NCBI GenBank assembly: GCA_046483305.1
Contig: JAWODM010000024.1
Span: 1 to 64,000, forward strand
DNA length: 64,000 bases
Origin: Candidatus Krumholzibacteriales bacterium
Lineage (GTDB): Bacteria; Krumholzibacteriota; Krumholzibacteriia; Krumholzibacteriales; WJIX01
Reading direction: 5' to 3'
Positions 50,268 through 58,886 of this stretch are shown piece by piece. Position numbers and translations under genes: made by a program. Under the pieces are notes generated by a model. That model was not told the DNA's origin, searched no databases, and was given only the letters and a program-made list of their open reading frames with translations. Numbering within the stretch: the stretch's first letter is position 1; the number at the start of each line of letters is the position of its first letter.

Positions 50268-52814
50268 ATGGAGATAAACAGACAGCGGATTATAGAGAGT
50301 TATATCGAGGACGAGGTCAGGAGCAGTTATCTTGACTATTCAATGAGCGTTATCGTGTCCAGGGCCCTGCCCGATGTCAGGGACGGACTCAAACCGGTCC
50401 ACCGGAGGATTCTGGTGGCGATGAACGACCTTAGCCTCAAGCATAACAGGCCCTTCAGAAAATCAGCCAAGGTCGCCGGTGACGTCACCGGTAACTACCA
50501 TCCACATGGAACCAAATCGGCATATGACGCCATTGTCAGGATGGCCCAGCATTTCTCGCTCAGATATCCGCTGGTGGAGGGCCAGGGCAACTTCGGGTCG
50601 ATAGACGGAGACCCGGCTGCGGCTGAACGCTATACCGAAGTGCGGATGGAGAAACTCGCCGAGGAGCTTCTGGAAGACCTGGACAAGGAAACGGTGAAAT
50701 TCGTCCCCAACTATGACGAGACCCGGCAGATGCCGATAGTGCTGCCGGCCAAGGTCCCCAACCTTCTGATTAACGGGGCTTCCGGGATAGCGGTGGGGAT
50801 GGCAACCAACGTGCCCCCGCACAACATAACCGAGATAATAGATGGAGTAAAAGCCCTGCTGAAGGACCCGGAGACAGATATCGACAGCCTTTCCAGAATT
50901 GTAAAGGGGCCCGACTTTCCCACCGGCGGGATAATATGCGGCCGGGAGGGGATTAGAAAGGCCTACCGGACGGGGAAGGGCAAGATAGTGCTGCGGGCCC
51001 GGGCCACCATTGAGAAGAAGAAGAGGGGCAAGACCGATATAGTGGTCAACGAAATACCATACCAGACCAGCAAGGCCAGCATAATCGAAAAGGTTGCGGA
51101 ACTGGTCAGGAACAAGAAGATAGAAGGCATAAGAGATATCAGGGACGAGTCCGACAAGGAAGGGATGAGAATCGTAATAGAGTTGAAGAAGGACGCATAC
51201 CCCAAGGTTGTCCTCAACAAACTGTACAAGCATACTCAGCTCCAGGTCAGTTACGGCATCATAATGCTAGCCCTCAAGGGCGGCCTGGAACCCAGGGTGA
51301 TGAACCTCAAGCAGATTATGCAGGCATTCCTGGATCACAGGGAGGAGATAGTTACCCGGCGAACCCGGTACGAGCTGAAGAAGGCCGAGGAGAGGGCGCA
51401 TATACTGGAAGGTTATAAGAAGGCGCTGGATAATATTGATGAGATAGTAGCCCTGATAAAGAAGAGCGCCTCGCCCAATGAAGCCAGGAACGGGCTGATG
51501 AAGAAATTCGGGCTGACCGAAATACAGGCCCAGGCCATCCTGGACATGAAACTGCAGCGCCTGACCGGACTGGAGAGGAAGAAAATAGAGGAGGAATACC
51601 TGGCCCTGATTCAGAAGATAGAGTACTACCGGTCGGTCCTGGAGAGCAGAACCAGGCTTCTCGGTTTGATTGATAAGGAGCTGGACGAGATCAGGGATGA
51701 ATTCGGAGATGAGAGAAGAACCGAGATAATAGCGGGAGAGGGCGAGTTCGAGATAGAGGACCTGATAGCGGAAGAGGATATGATTATCACCATTACCCAC
51801 GAGGGTTACATCAAGAGGATCTCCACCGGCATCTACCGGCAGCAGAGGCGCGGAGGCAGAGGGGTCAAGGGGATGGAGATGAAGGACGAGGACTTCGTGG
51901 AACACCTGTTCATAGCTTCCACTCACAGCTATATCATGTTCTTCACCGACAAGGGCAAGTGCTACTGGCTAAAGGTGCATGAGATCCCCAGGGGCGGAAG
52001 GCTGTCCAAGGGCAAGGCGGTAGTGAACCTCCTTCAGCTCTCGTCGGAGGAGAGAATCACCGCTTTTATTCAGGTAGAGGATTTTGAGAGGGACGCGTAC
52101 CTGATGATGGCCACCAGGAAGGGATACGTAAAGAAGACCCACCTGTCCGAGTATTCCAATCCCAGGAGAGACGGGATCAAGGCGATAGTGCTCAAGGGAG
52201 ACGACAGTCTGGTAAGGGCGGCCTTAACCACCGGGAATGACGATATCATCCTGGCCAGAAAGACCGGGAGGGTAATCAGATTTAACGAGGAAGAGGTCAG
52301 GCCGATGGGAAGGGTCTCCAGAGGGGTGAAGGGCCTGAAAATGAAAAAGGATGGGGAGGTTAAGGAGATGGTGGTGGTTAAGAGCGCCAAGACCCTTCTG
52401 TTTGTTACTGAAAACGGCTACGGAAAGCGGGTCAGAATAAAAGACATAAGAAACCAGAAGCGCGGAGGGATGGGGCTGAAGGCGATCCCGGCCGAAGGCA
52501 GAAACGGGGCCCTGGTAACGGTCAGGGAGGTGTTCGATACGGACGAATTCGTGATGATCACCAAGAACGGATTAGTAGTGAAGGCGCCGGTTTCAGATGT
52601 GAGAACTATGAGGCGGCAGGCCCAGGGTGTAAAGCTGATAAGGCTTGACCAGGATGACAGGCTGGTGGATGTGGCGCTGGTGGCGAGCGAGGAATCCGGC
52701 AGTAATGCCAGCGGAGATGAGGATAGCCAGGCCGAAGAGAACCAGGCCTATGAAAACGAAGCCGACGAGAACGAGGCCGGGGAGGGCCAGGAAGAAGATT
52801 CCGGCGAAGAATAA
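50268..52814 (+). CDS. gyrA: DNA gyrase subunit A
   Basis: RALPDVRDGLKP, YHPHG, RY122TE, GyrA-box QRRGGRG, acidic tail. Confidence 0.98.
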   Translation: MEINRQRIIESYIEDEVRSSYLDYSMSVIVSRALPDVRDGLKPVHRRILVAMNDLSLKHNRPFRKSAKVAGDVTGNYHPHGTKSAYDAIVRMAQHFSLRYPLVEGQGNFGSIDGDPAAAERYTEVRMEKLAEELLEDLDKETVKFVPNYDETRQMPIVLPAKVPNLLINGASGIAVGMATNVPPHNITEIIDGVKALLKDPETDIDSLSRIVKGPDFPTGGIICGREGIRKAYRTGKGKIVLRARATIEKKKRGKTDIVVNEIPYQTSKASIIEKVAELVRNKKIEGIRDIRDESDKEGMRIVIELKKDAYPKVVLNKLYKHTQLQVSYGIIMLALKGGLEPRVMNLKQIMQAFLDHREEIVTRRTRYELKKAEERAHILEGYKKALDNIDEIVALIKKSASPNEARNGLMKKFGLTEIQAQAILDMKLQRLTGLERKKIEEEYLALIQKIEYYRSVLESRTRLLGLIDKELDEIRDEFGDERRTEIIAGEGEFEIEDLIAEEDMIITITHEGYIKRISTGIYRQQRRGGRGVKGMEMKDEDFVEHLFIASTHSYIMFFTDKGKCYWLKVHEIPRGGRLSKGKAVVNLLQLSSEERITAFIQVEDFERDAYLMMATRKGYVKKTHLSEYSNPRRDGIKAIVLKGDDSLVRAALTTGNDDIILARKTGRVIRFNEEEVRPMGRVSRGVKGLKMKKDGEVKEMVVVKSAKTLLFVTENGYGKRVRIKDIRNQKRGGMGLKAIPAEGRNGALVTVREVFDTDEFVMITKNGLVVKAPVSDVRTMRRQAQGVKLIRLDQDDRLVDVALVASEESGSNASGDEDSQAEENQAYENEADENEAGEGQEEDSGEE

Positions 52815-52831
52815 GCCGGGCCTGATTACAG

Positions 52832-54466
52832 ATGAAATTAACGCAACTGCATAAACTCTGTTTGATTGCGATCATGATTCCGCTCTTTGCCGCGGCGCCT
52901 CTGAGCGGGGACGGGAAGGCCATGCGTAGGGGGAGATCGCGGGGCGCGGTGATAGCCGTTCAGGCCGGGCAGGGAGCTATCCGGCTCAGGTGGGATGGTA
53001 CCGGAAGGTGCCGGGCCGCCGGCATGGAGATTTCGGTGGAAGGCCCGGGCGGGCTGGTTTTCAGGGAGGTAAGCTATACCTGGGGAAAGGAAAAGCTTCA
53101 GGAAGGCTGCCAGGGCGGGGTGAGGTTTCCGCCGGAAAGGGCGGATGACGACGGGGACGGACTGGTGAACGAGGATTTTCTGGACGGAAGGGATAATGAC
53201 GGAGACGGCCTGGTAGATGAGGATTTTGCCGCTGTCGGTGACAGAATGACGGTAGTGGAAGCTGCCGGGCGCGATACCGGCTTCAGGATGCTCAACCGCG
53301 TTTTCAGGTGGACCTATGATCATGTATCCGATTTCGCGGGGATATCGACGGTTCTGGATACCGGGCCGGGAGGAGAGTTACCAGACACCCTGGCTATGAG
53401 GCTGGAATATTTTTCCCCCGTTGAAGGCTGCGGTTCCGATGAGAGAATATTTGCCCGGGTAATGGAGCTGCCCGGCGCCGCTGGGGAGGACACCCTTCGA
53501 ATACCGCTTCTTTCGGACGGGAATTCCATTGCAGGAGTGATTATCCTGGGCGGGCGGGCCGACTATAAGCTTTGGGCGGAGCTGGAAACAGAGCGGCTTC
53601 CCAGCGCGGGGAGGACTGACAGGGCGGAAAGAGGCAACTGGCAGTTATGCTCGAATGCGGCGGTTGTAATAAATCTGGACAGGCAGGTGGAAGAGGCTGA
53701 GCTGAGGGAGAGCGAAATCTGCTGGGCGGTTATTTTCGGGGAAACGGACAAACAGGTAGAGAGCAGCGCCAGAGCCGCCCGGGCGACATACCTTGGAGCG
53801 GAGGCCGCGGCGGGGATGAATATGCGCTGGGTGGTTCCCGCAAGGAAGGTGCAGGTTGTGGAGCTGGAGTCCCGCCATGTAGTATCCTGGAATGAGGGCA
53901 GGGGAGGAAAGGCTCTGGAGGTAGAGATTCCGCTGGAGCTGACAGGACTGGGAATAAAATGGATCAGGGTCAACGACCGCCCGGTGACCTCTTATACAGT
54001 TACCGGACGCGGAATTCTGATAGACCGGCCCGCTAAAGGAGGGGGAGCGGTTGAGATAGAGGGAGAATTTTCAGAAGGGCCGCTGTTCCGCTCAGTGGCC
54101 GCCCCGGATGAAAGCGGACGGGAAAACAGCGACAGTTCCATGATGCTGCCGGAATCATTCGTAAAACTTTATCCGAATCCCTTCGTGGATAATGTGAATA
54201 TAACCCTGGAAATAACCAGGAGTATGGACCCGGTTTCAGGCCTGGAGAACAGTGTCATTGGGGGAAGCAGCGCGGTGAAAATATACGATGTGAGGGGAGA
54301 GCTGGTTAAAACCATTTCCGAGAGGGAATTTATGCCGCCGGGCAGCTACGACCTTCAGTGGGACGGAACGGACAGGAGGCAGCAGAAGGTAGCGCCGGGA
54401 GTGTATTACTGCACTCTGAAGATAGGGGACAGGTCCCTGACCAAGAGGGTAATCCTGCTGAAATAA
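52832..54466 (+). CDS. Secreted protein with DxDGDGxxxED repeats and a C-terminal FlgD-Ig/T9SS-like sorting domain
   Basis: Signal peptide; two D-x-DGDGLV-x-ED repeats; YPNPF..IYDVRGELVK..WDGTD..VAPGVYY..KRVILLK. Confidence 0.8.
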   Translation: MKLTQLHKLCLIAIMIPLFAAAPLSGDGKAMRRGRSRGAVIAVQAGQGAIRLRWDGTGRCRAAGMEISVEGPGGLVFREVSYTWGKEKLQEGCQGGVRFPPERADDDGDGLVNEDFLDGRDNDGDGLVDEDFAAVGDRMTVVEAAGRDTGFRMLNRVFRWTYDHVSDFAGISTVLDTGPGGELPDTLAMRLEYFSPVEGCGSDERIFARVMELPGAAGEDTLRIPLLSDGNSIAGVIILGGRADYKLWAELETERLPSAGRTDRAERGNWQLCSNAAVVINLDRQVEEAELRESEICWAVIFGETDKQVESSARAARATYLGAEAAAGMNMRWVVPARKVQVVELESRHVVSWNEGRGGKALEVEIPLELTGLGIKWIRVNDRPVTSYTVTGRGILIDRPAKGGGAVEIEGEFSEGPLFRSVAAPDESGRENSDSSMMLPESFVKLYPNPFVDNVNITLEITRSMDPVSGLENSVIGGSSAVKIYDVRGELVKTISEREFMPPGSYDLQWDGTDRRQQKVAPGVYYCTLKIGDRSLTKRVILLK

Positions 54467-54469
54467 TTC

Positions 54470-55765
54470 ATGATGAAAATTCCTGAGATTCCGGATGAAC
54501 GAGCGCTGCTGATAGGGGTAAAACTGCCTGGCTCCACCATGGCCGAGGAGGAAGCGAATCTCAGGGAGCTCAGAGCGCTGACCAGATCGGCGGGCGCGGC
54601 GGTGGCCGGAACGGTCATTCAGCAGATGACCAGAATAAACGGCTCCACATACATAGGAAAGGGAAAGCTGGAGGAGGCCGGGAGGATCGTCCGGGAAGAA
54701 GGGGTAAACCTGGTGGTTTTCGACGATACTCTCTCTCCGGCGCAGGGCGCCAGGATAGAAAAAATTCTGGACGTCAACGTACTGGACCGTACGGAGATCA
54801 TCCTGGATATTTTTTCGAGGCGGGCCAGAAGCAAACAGGCGAAGATTCAGGTTGAAATAGCCCAGCTGACCTACGCGCTGCCAAGGCTGAAGAGGCTGTG
54901 GGACCACCTCTCCAGGCAGGCCGGGGGGATAGGTACCAGGGGGCCGGGAGAGACCCAGCTGGAGGTCGACCGCCGGAGGGTCAGAGAGAGGATCAGAAGG
55001 CTGAAACGGGAACTGGAGAGGATAAACAGGAGCGCCAGGGAGAGAAGAAAGAGAAGAAAGGACGCCTTCAACGTAACTATCGTAGGATACACCAACGCCG
55101 GCAAATCGACCCTGCTGAACAGAATCTCCGGCAGCGCGGTCTATCAGAGCGGCACGCTGTTTTCGACTCTGGATTCGACCACCAGAAGGGTGGAAAGGGC
55201 TGGAAGAGCGGACTGCCTGTTCACCGACACCGTCGGTTTCATAAGGAAACTGCCCCCTGATCTGGTGGCGAGTTTTAAAAGCACCCTGATGGATGTGGAA
55301 GAGGCGGACCTTCTTATTCATGTGGTGGACGCTTCGGCTTCCGGGATAGAGGAAAAAATCGAAGTGGTGAACGGGGTGCTGAAGGATATATTCAGCTCCA
55401 GCCCCGGAGGAGAAGAGGTCCCTACCTGGCTGGTAATGAATAAAACGGATGTCATCGACCGGGGAAGCCTGGACCGGCTGCGGCGCCGGTATGAAAGCGC
55501 TGTTTTTCTCAGCGCCGCCACCGGGGAAGGAGTTGAAAGGCTGATGACGAGGGTGGACAGCTTTCTCAGAAGCGGCCGGATAGAAATAGAGGTAACAGTT
55601 CCGCTTTCGGAGGGAAAAACCATAGCCCTGGTGGAGGAAGCCGGAGAGGTGCTCAGCAGGGAGGTGAGAGGAGAGACCCTGGTGATCACCGCCCTGATTA
55701 AAAGGCAGCAGCTGAATCTATTGGAAAAAAAGGGTGAAGTCCGGGTAAACCTGTCCGGGGACTGA
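54470..55765 (+). CDS. hflX: Ribosome-splitting GTPase HflX
   Basis: DRTEIILDIF, RGPGETQLEVDRR, GYTNAGKSTL, DTVGFI. Confidence 0.97.
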   Translation: MMKIPEIPDERALLIGVKLPGSTMAEEEANLRELRALTRSAGAAVAGTVIQQMTRINGSTYIGKGKLEEAGRIVREEGVNLVVFDDTLSPAQGARIEKILDVNVLDRTEIILDIFSRRARSKQAKIQVEIAQLTYALPRLKRLWDHLSRQAGGIGTRGPGETQLEVDRRRVRERIRRLKRELERINRSARERRKRRKDAFNVTIVGYTNAGKSTLLNRISGSAVYQSGTLFSTLDSTTRRVERAGRADCLFTDTVGFIRKLPPDLVASFKSTLMDVEEADLLIHVVDASASGIEEKIEVVNGVLKDIFSSSPGGEEVPTWLVMNKTDVIDRGSLDRLRRRYESAVFLSAATGEGVERLMTRVDSFLRSGRIEIEVTVPLSEGKTIALVEEAGEVLSREVRGETLVITALIKRQQLNLLEKKGEVRVNLSGD

Positions 55766-57064
55766 TCATTCTTCCTTATACCGGAGCTTTCCATTCTCCA
55801 GCTGTACTGACGGGAATTTCGAGGCCATGTATTTCCTGTACCTTATTGCCGGTGGCGAATCGACCCTTGCGTCATAGCTCTTGTTCAGCTGAGTAATAAT
55901 AAAGAAAGCCAGTACAATGAAGAAGAAGGGAACTGCGAGGGGAACCATTCTGAACCATCTCTTGTGAGATATCAGCCGGGAGCAGTAAACCGCGCCGGCG
56001 GAAATAACAGTGGTGAAACCGGCGGATACCAGGTAGAGATGCCGGATGTTCAGCCAGTCGCTGGGGAACTGGAACAGGGAGAAGGGCAGGACCATTATAT
56101 AGGTCCAGGCAATAAAGAAACGGATGGTCTTGTTCCCGAAAACGAATCCGAAGAAGGAGTAGGAGATAACGGTAAGAGCTATCAGAAACCTTATCCCGGT
56201 GGCCAGGCGGTGGATAGTTACCACCAGCGTTCCCGACTCGGATACCAGGTGAGAGGTATGTATCGGGAATATCATCCTCACCAGATAGTTGATCACATTC
56301 TTGGGGGTGATATAGAGAAGCTTCAGAATGCCCGGCGATTCCCTGTAGAATACCGGAGTGTATTGGAACAGCAGGCTCTTGGCTATAATGACTATTATCA
56401 CCACCGCCAGAAGAACGACGAACCCGGCGTCAAATACCTTTCTGTTCTCCCCGCCCCTGTCATGAAAGAAGAAGTTAAACGCCAGAAAACACCCAAGAAT
56501 GGAGAAGCTGGTGCTTTTTACAAGCATCGATGCCAGGAAGAAGAGGAAGGTGAGAAAAAACCAGACAGTGAATATGCGCCCTTTCTTCTCCAGCTCGTTC
56601 TTGAAATAAAAGAGCATGGTAAGAAGCGTCAGGGTGGTGATCATCAGGTCCTCGAAACCGGAGGCTATCATTACCGCCTTTCCGTAGTTGCCCACCGTAA
56701 ATACGAACAGGATCCCTGAAAGCAGGGCTACCTTCATGTCCCTGAGAAGGGTGTTGACCATGAGATAGACCAGGAACGCGTTAATGGCATGCAGTATTAT
56801 ATTGAACATGAAGTATGGGCGCGGATTGAAGCGGAACTTCTCGAACATGAAGTAATGGACCGCGTAGACCAGCGGTTGAAACTTGAAGGTGGCGCTGGAG
56901 CTGAACAGGCTGGAGCTCCCCTCATCGAGACGGAGGCTCTTCTGAAGAAGCACAAAGTCGGTGTCGTGCCAGAACCCGTTGTCGAGAGTCAGGGCAAAGA
57001 AAATAAAAGCCAGGACGATTAATGAGACCAGTATTAAAAGGGATCGTGACAGATTGATTTTTAT
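55766..57064 (-). CDS. Multi-pass membrane protein, GT-C/TMTC-like putative glycosyltransferase; start codon uncertain
   Basis: FQPLV, FNIILHAINAFLVY, SMLVKS, RHLYL; the frame stays open upstream of GTG 56953 through a TM helix and DNGFWHDTDF to a stop at 57077-79. Confidence 0.65.
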   Translation of the reverse strand: MKINLSRSLLILVSLIVLAFIFFALTLDNGFWHDTDFVLLQKSLRLDEGSSSLFSSSATFKFQPLVYAVHYFMFEKFRFNPRPYFMFNIILHAINAFLVYLMVNTLLRDMKVALLSGILFVFTVGNYGKAVMIASGFEDLMITTLTLLTMLFYFKNELEKKGRIFTVWFFLTFLFFLASMLVKSTSFSILGCFLAFNFFFHDRGGENRKVFDAGFVVLLAVVIIVIIAKSLLFQYTPVFYRESPGILKLLYITPKNVINYLVRMIFPIHTSHLVSESGTLVVTIHRLATGIRFLIALTVISYSFFGFVFGNKTIRFFIAWTYIMVLPFSLFQFPSDWLNIRHLYLVSAGFTTVISAGAVYCSRLISHKRWFRMVPLAVPFFFIVLAFFIITQLNKSYDARVDSPPAIRYRKYMASKFPSVQLENGKLRYKEE

Positions 57065-57110
57065 TACCTTCCCGGGTCAGTTCGTTAGTTGCCGGTACTT
57101 TCCATATTCC

Positions 57111-57119
57111 ATTATAACA
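57111..57119 (-). promoter_or_regulatory. Extended -10 promoter element
   Basis: Minus strand TGTTATAAT. Confidence 0.5.
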
Positions 57120-57222
57120 TTAATGGGGGATTTCGCGCTACAGGTTTGCCGCAAAAATCCCCTCCCGAAATAAGCGGAAAAGCCACGGCGGCTGTCTCTA
57201 TCTGAACCGCGGCGCCCCCGTT

Positions 57223-58464
57223 TCAGCCGTTAATGAAAAGGTTGGCGAAAACCTTCGCGTCACCTGTCATATTATCTATGAACTGGTATTCGTTCGGCTG
57301 ATGGCAGACATCCGCAATGCTCGACCATACCACCGCGTTGTAACCATGCCGCCGGAAAAAAGCGGCCACTGTTCCGCCCCCGATACCGATTATTTCCGGC
57401 TCAATACCCCTGACAGCCCGTATCGATTCAGCCAGAGCCTTGACCACCGGAGCATCCGGGGGAGTGGCGGGCGCGGCTTCGTCTATCTGAGCGGTCCTGG
57501 TGGAGATTTCAACCCCGAATTCCTTCTCGATCTCTCTGCATACGCCGCTCACCGTTTCTTTCACATCGTCAAGCGAAATGCCGGGCAGGATACGCATATC
57601 GAAGCAGAAAACATCCTCTCCGGGGATGGTGTTAATGTTTCGGACATTCTCCTCTCTTCTGGTCGGCTCGAAGGTGTTCTCCGGAGGGTCGAACAGTTCA
57701 TCGGACTGGGCGTAAACCTCCGGCAGATGACTGTCCAGGCGGGTCACCAGGTAGGAAGCAGCCCGGTGGGCGTTAATCCCCTTGGCCGGTTCCGAGGCGT
57801 GGCATGACTTCCCCTTAACCTTGAATTCAAGCCACATTATCGATTTCTCCGCCACTTCTATGGTCCTTCCATCCGGATCGCCCGAATCCGGAACTATGAT
57901 ATAGTCATCCTTCCCGAAGATATCGTGGTTTTCCAGCAGGTACTCGATGCCATGCCGGCTGCTGGTTTCTTCATCGGAGACCACCGCGATTCCCACATCA
58001 AAGGGAAGTTTCATCCCCAGTTCTCTGGCCGCCTTCAGGGCGAAGACCGGCGTGACTATGCCGTGGTGGTTATCTTCCACTCCGCGGCCGATAATTTTGC
58101 CCTCCTTTACGGTCAGGGAGAAGGGGTCGCTGTCCCACTGATTACGGTCCCCGGCCGGCACTACATCTATGTGAGCCATTACCCAGACAGCCCTGCTGCT
58201 GTTCTCGCCCTTTATTTTAGCTGCGATGTTGGGCCTCTTGCCCGCCGGCACCCTCTCGTCCGGGCAGTCGTAACGCTCAATGGAGTCGAAGCCCACATTC
58301 TCCTGCATCCATTTCTGGAGAAACTCCGCCTTCTCCATTTCACCCTCTCCATCGTTGTCCGGCCCCAGGGCTGGTATGGCAACCAGCTCCCTCTGAAGCT
58401 CTATCATCTGGTCCCGGTAACTGTCTATGGCGCTGTAAACCGATTCCATTTTATCCTTGTTCAT
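57223..58464 (-). CDS. M20 family metallohydrolase (DapE/ArgE-like)
   Basis: AHIDVVP, GRGVEDN, SDEE, GKSCHAS, GGGT, HQPNE; start MNKDK after GAGGT. Confidence 0.92.
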   Translation of the reverse strand: MNKDKMESVYSAIDSYRDQMIELQRELVAIPALGPDNDGEGEMEKAEFLQKWMQENVGFDSIERYDCPDERVPAGKRPNIAAKIKGENSSRAVWVMAHIDVVPAGDRNQWDSDPFSLTVKEGKIIGRGVEDNHHGIVTPVFALKAARELGMKLPFDVGIAVVSDEETSSRHGIEYLLENHDIFGKDDYIIVPDSGDPDGRTIEVAEKSIMWLEFKVKGKSCHASEPAKGINAHRAASYLVTRLDSHLPEVYAQSDELFDPPENTFEPTRREENVRNINTIPGEDVFCFDMRILPGISLDDVKETVSGVCREIEKEFGVEISTRTAQIDEAAPATPPDAPVVKALAESIRAVRGIEPEIIGIGGGTVAAFFRRHGYNAVVWSSIADVCHQPNEYQFIDNMTGDAKVFANLFING

Positions 58465-58886
58465 CTGCATACCTCGCTTAATTTTCAACTTTACTGCCGA
58501 TACGGTATCTCTATCACCGCGGAGCATGCCAGTCAAGAATATTCTTGCCTTCCACCCCCCATTAAGGGTCGACCGGGGGGGGCAGAATAGAGTTGACAGG
58601 GGAAGAAATTATCTGCTTATATAATTCATGTGAAGCCGGGCCTTATAACGGATCAGGCAGCTCTGAGGCGAATGGCAGTAATCCAGAAGAACAGAAGGTG
58701 AGCTGGAAGAAGGAGTATGCGGAAGGGAACTGTCTCTTCCGCAGAGCGTGCAATTTATGCTTTCTCCGAGGGGGACCGGAGCTGTGATCGGAAATGATTC
58801 TCAGTGATGCGGGGGCCCTGGCCGATAACAGGTTTGGATCCGGAGCCGGAACTGGAGTTCAGATTCAGAAGAAAGGGGTAGACGAT

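Noticed and set aside
58593..58886. Long leader before the M49 gene with hairpin TGCGGAAG..CTTCCGCA and short ORFs; possible riboswitch
   Set aside because: No recognisable cobalamin, SAM, glycine, lysine or TPP consensus; TTGACA-TATAAT spacing is 21 nt; an Rfam scan would be needed
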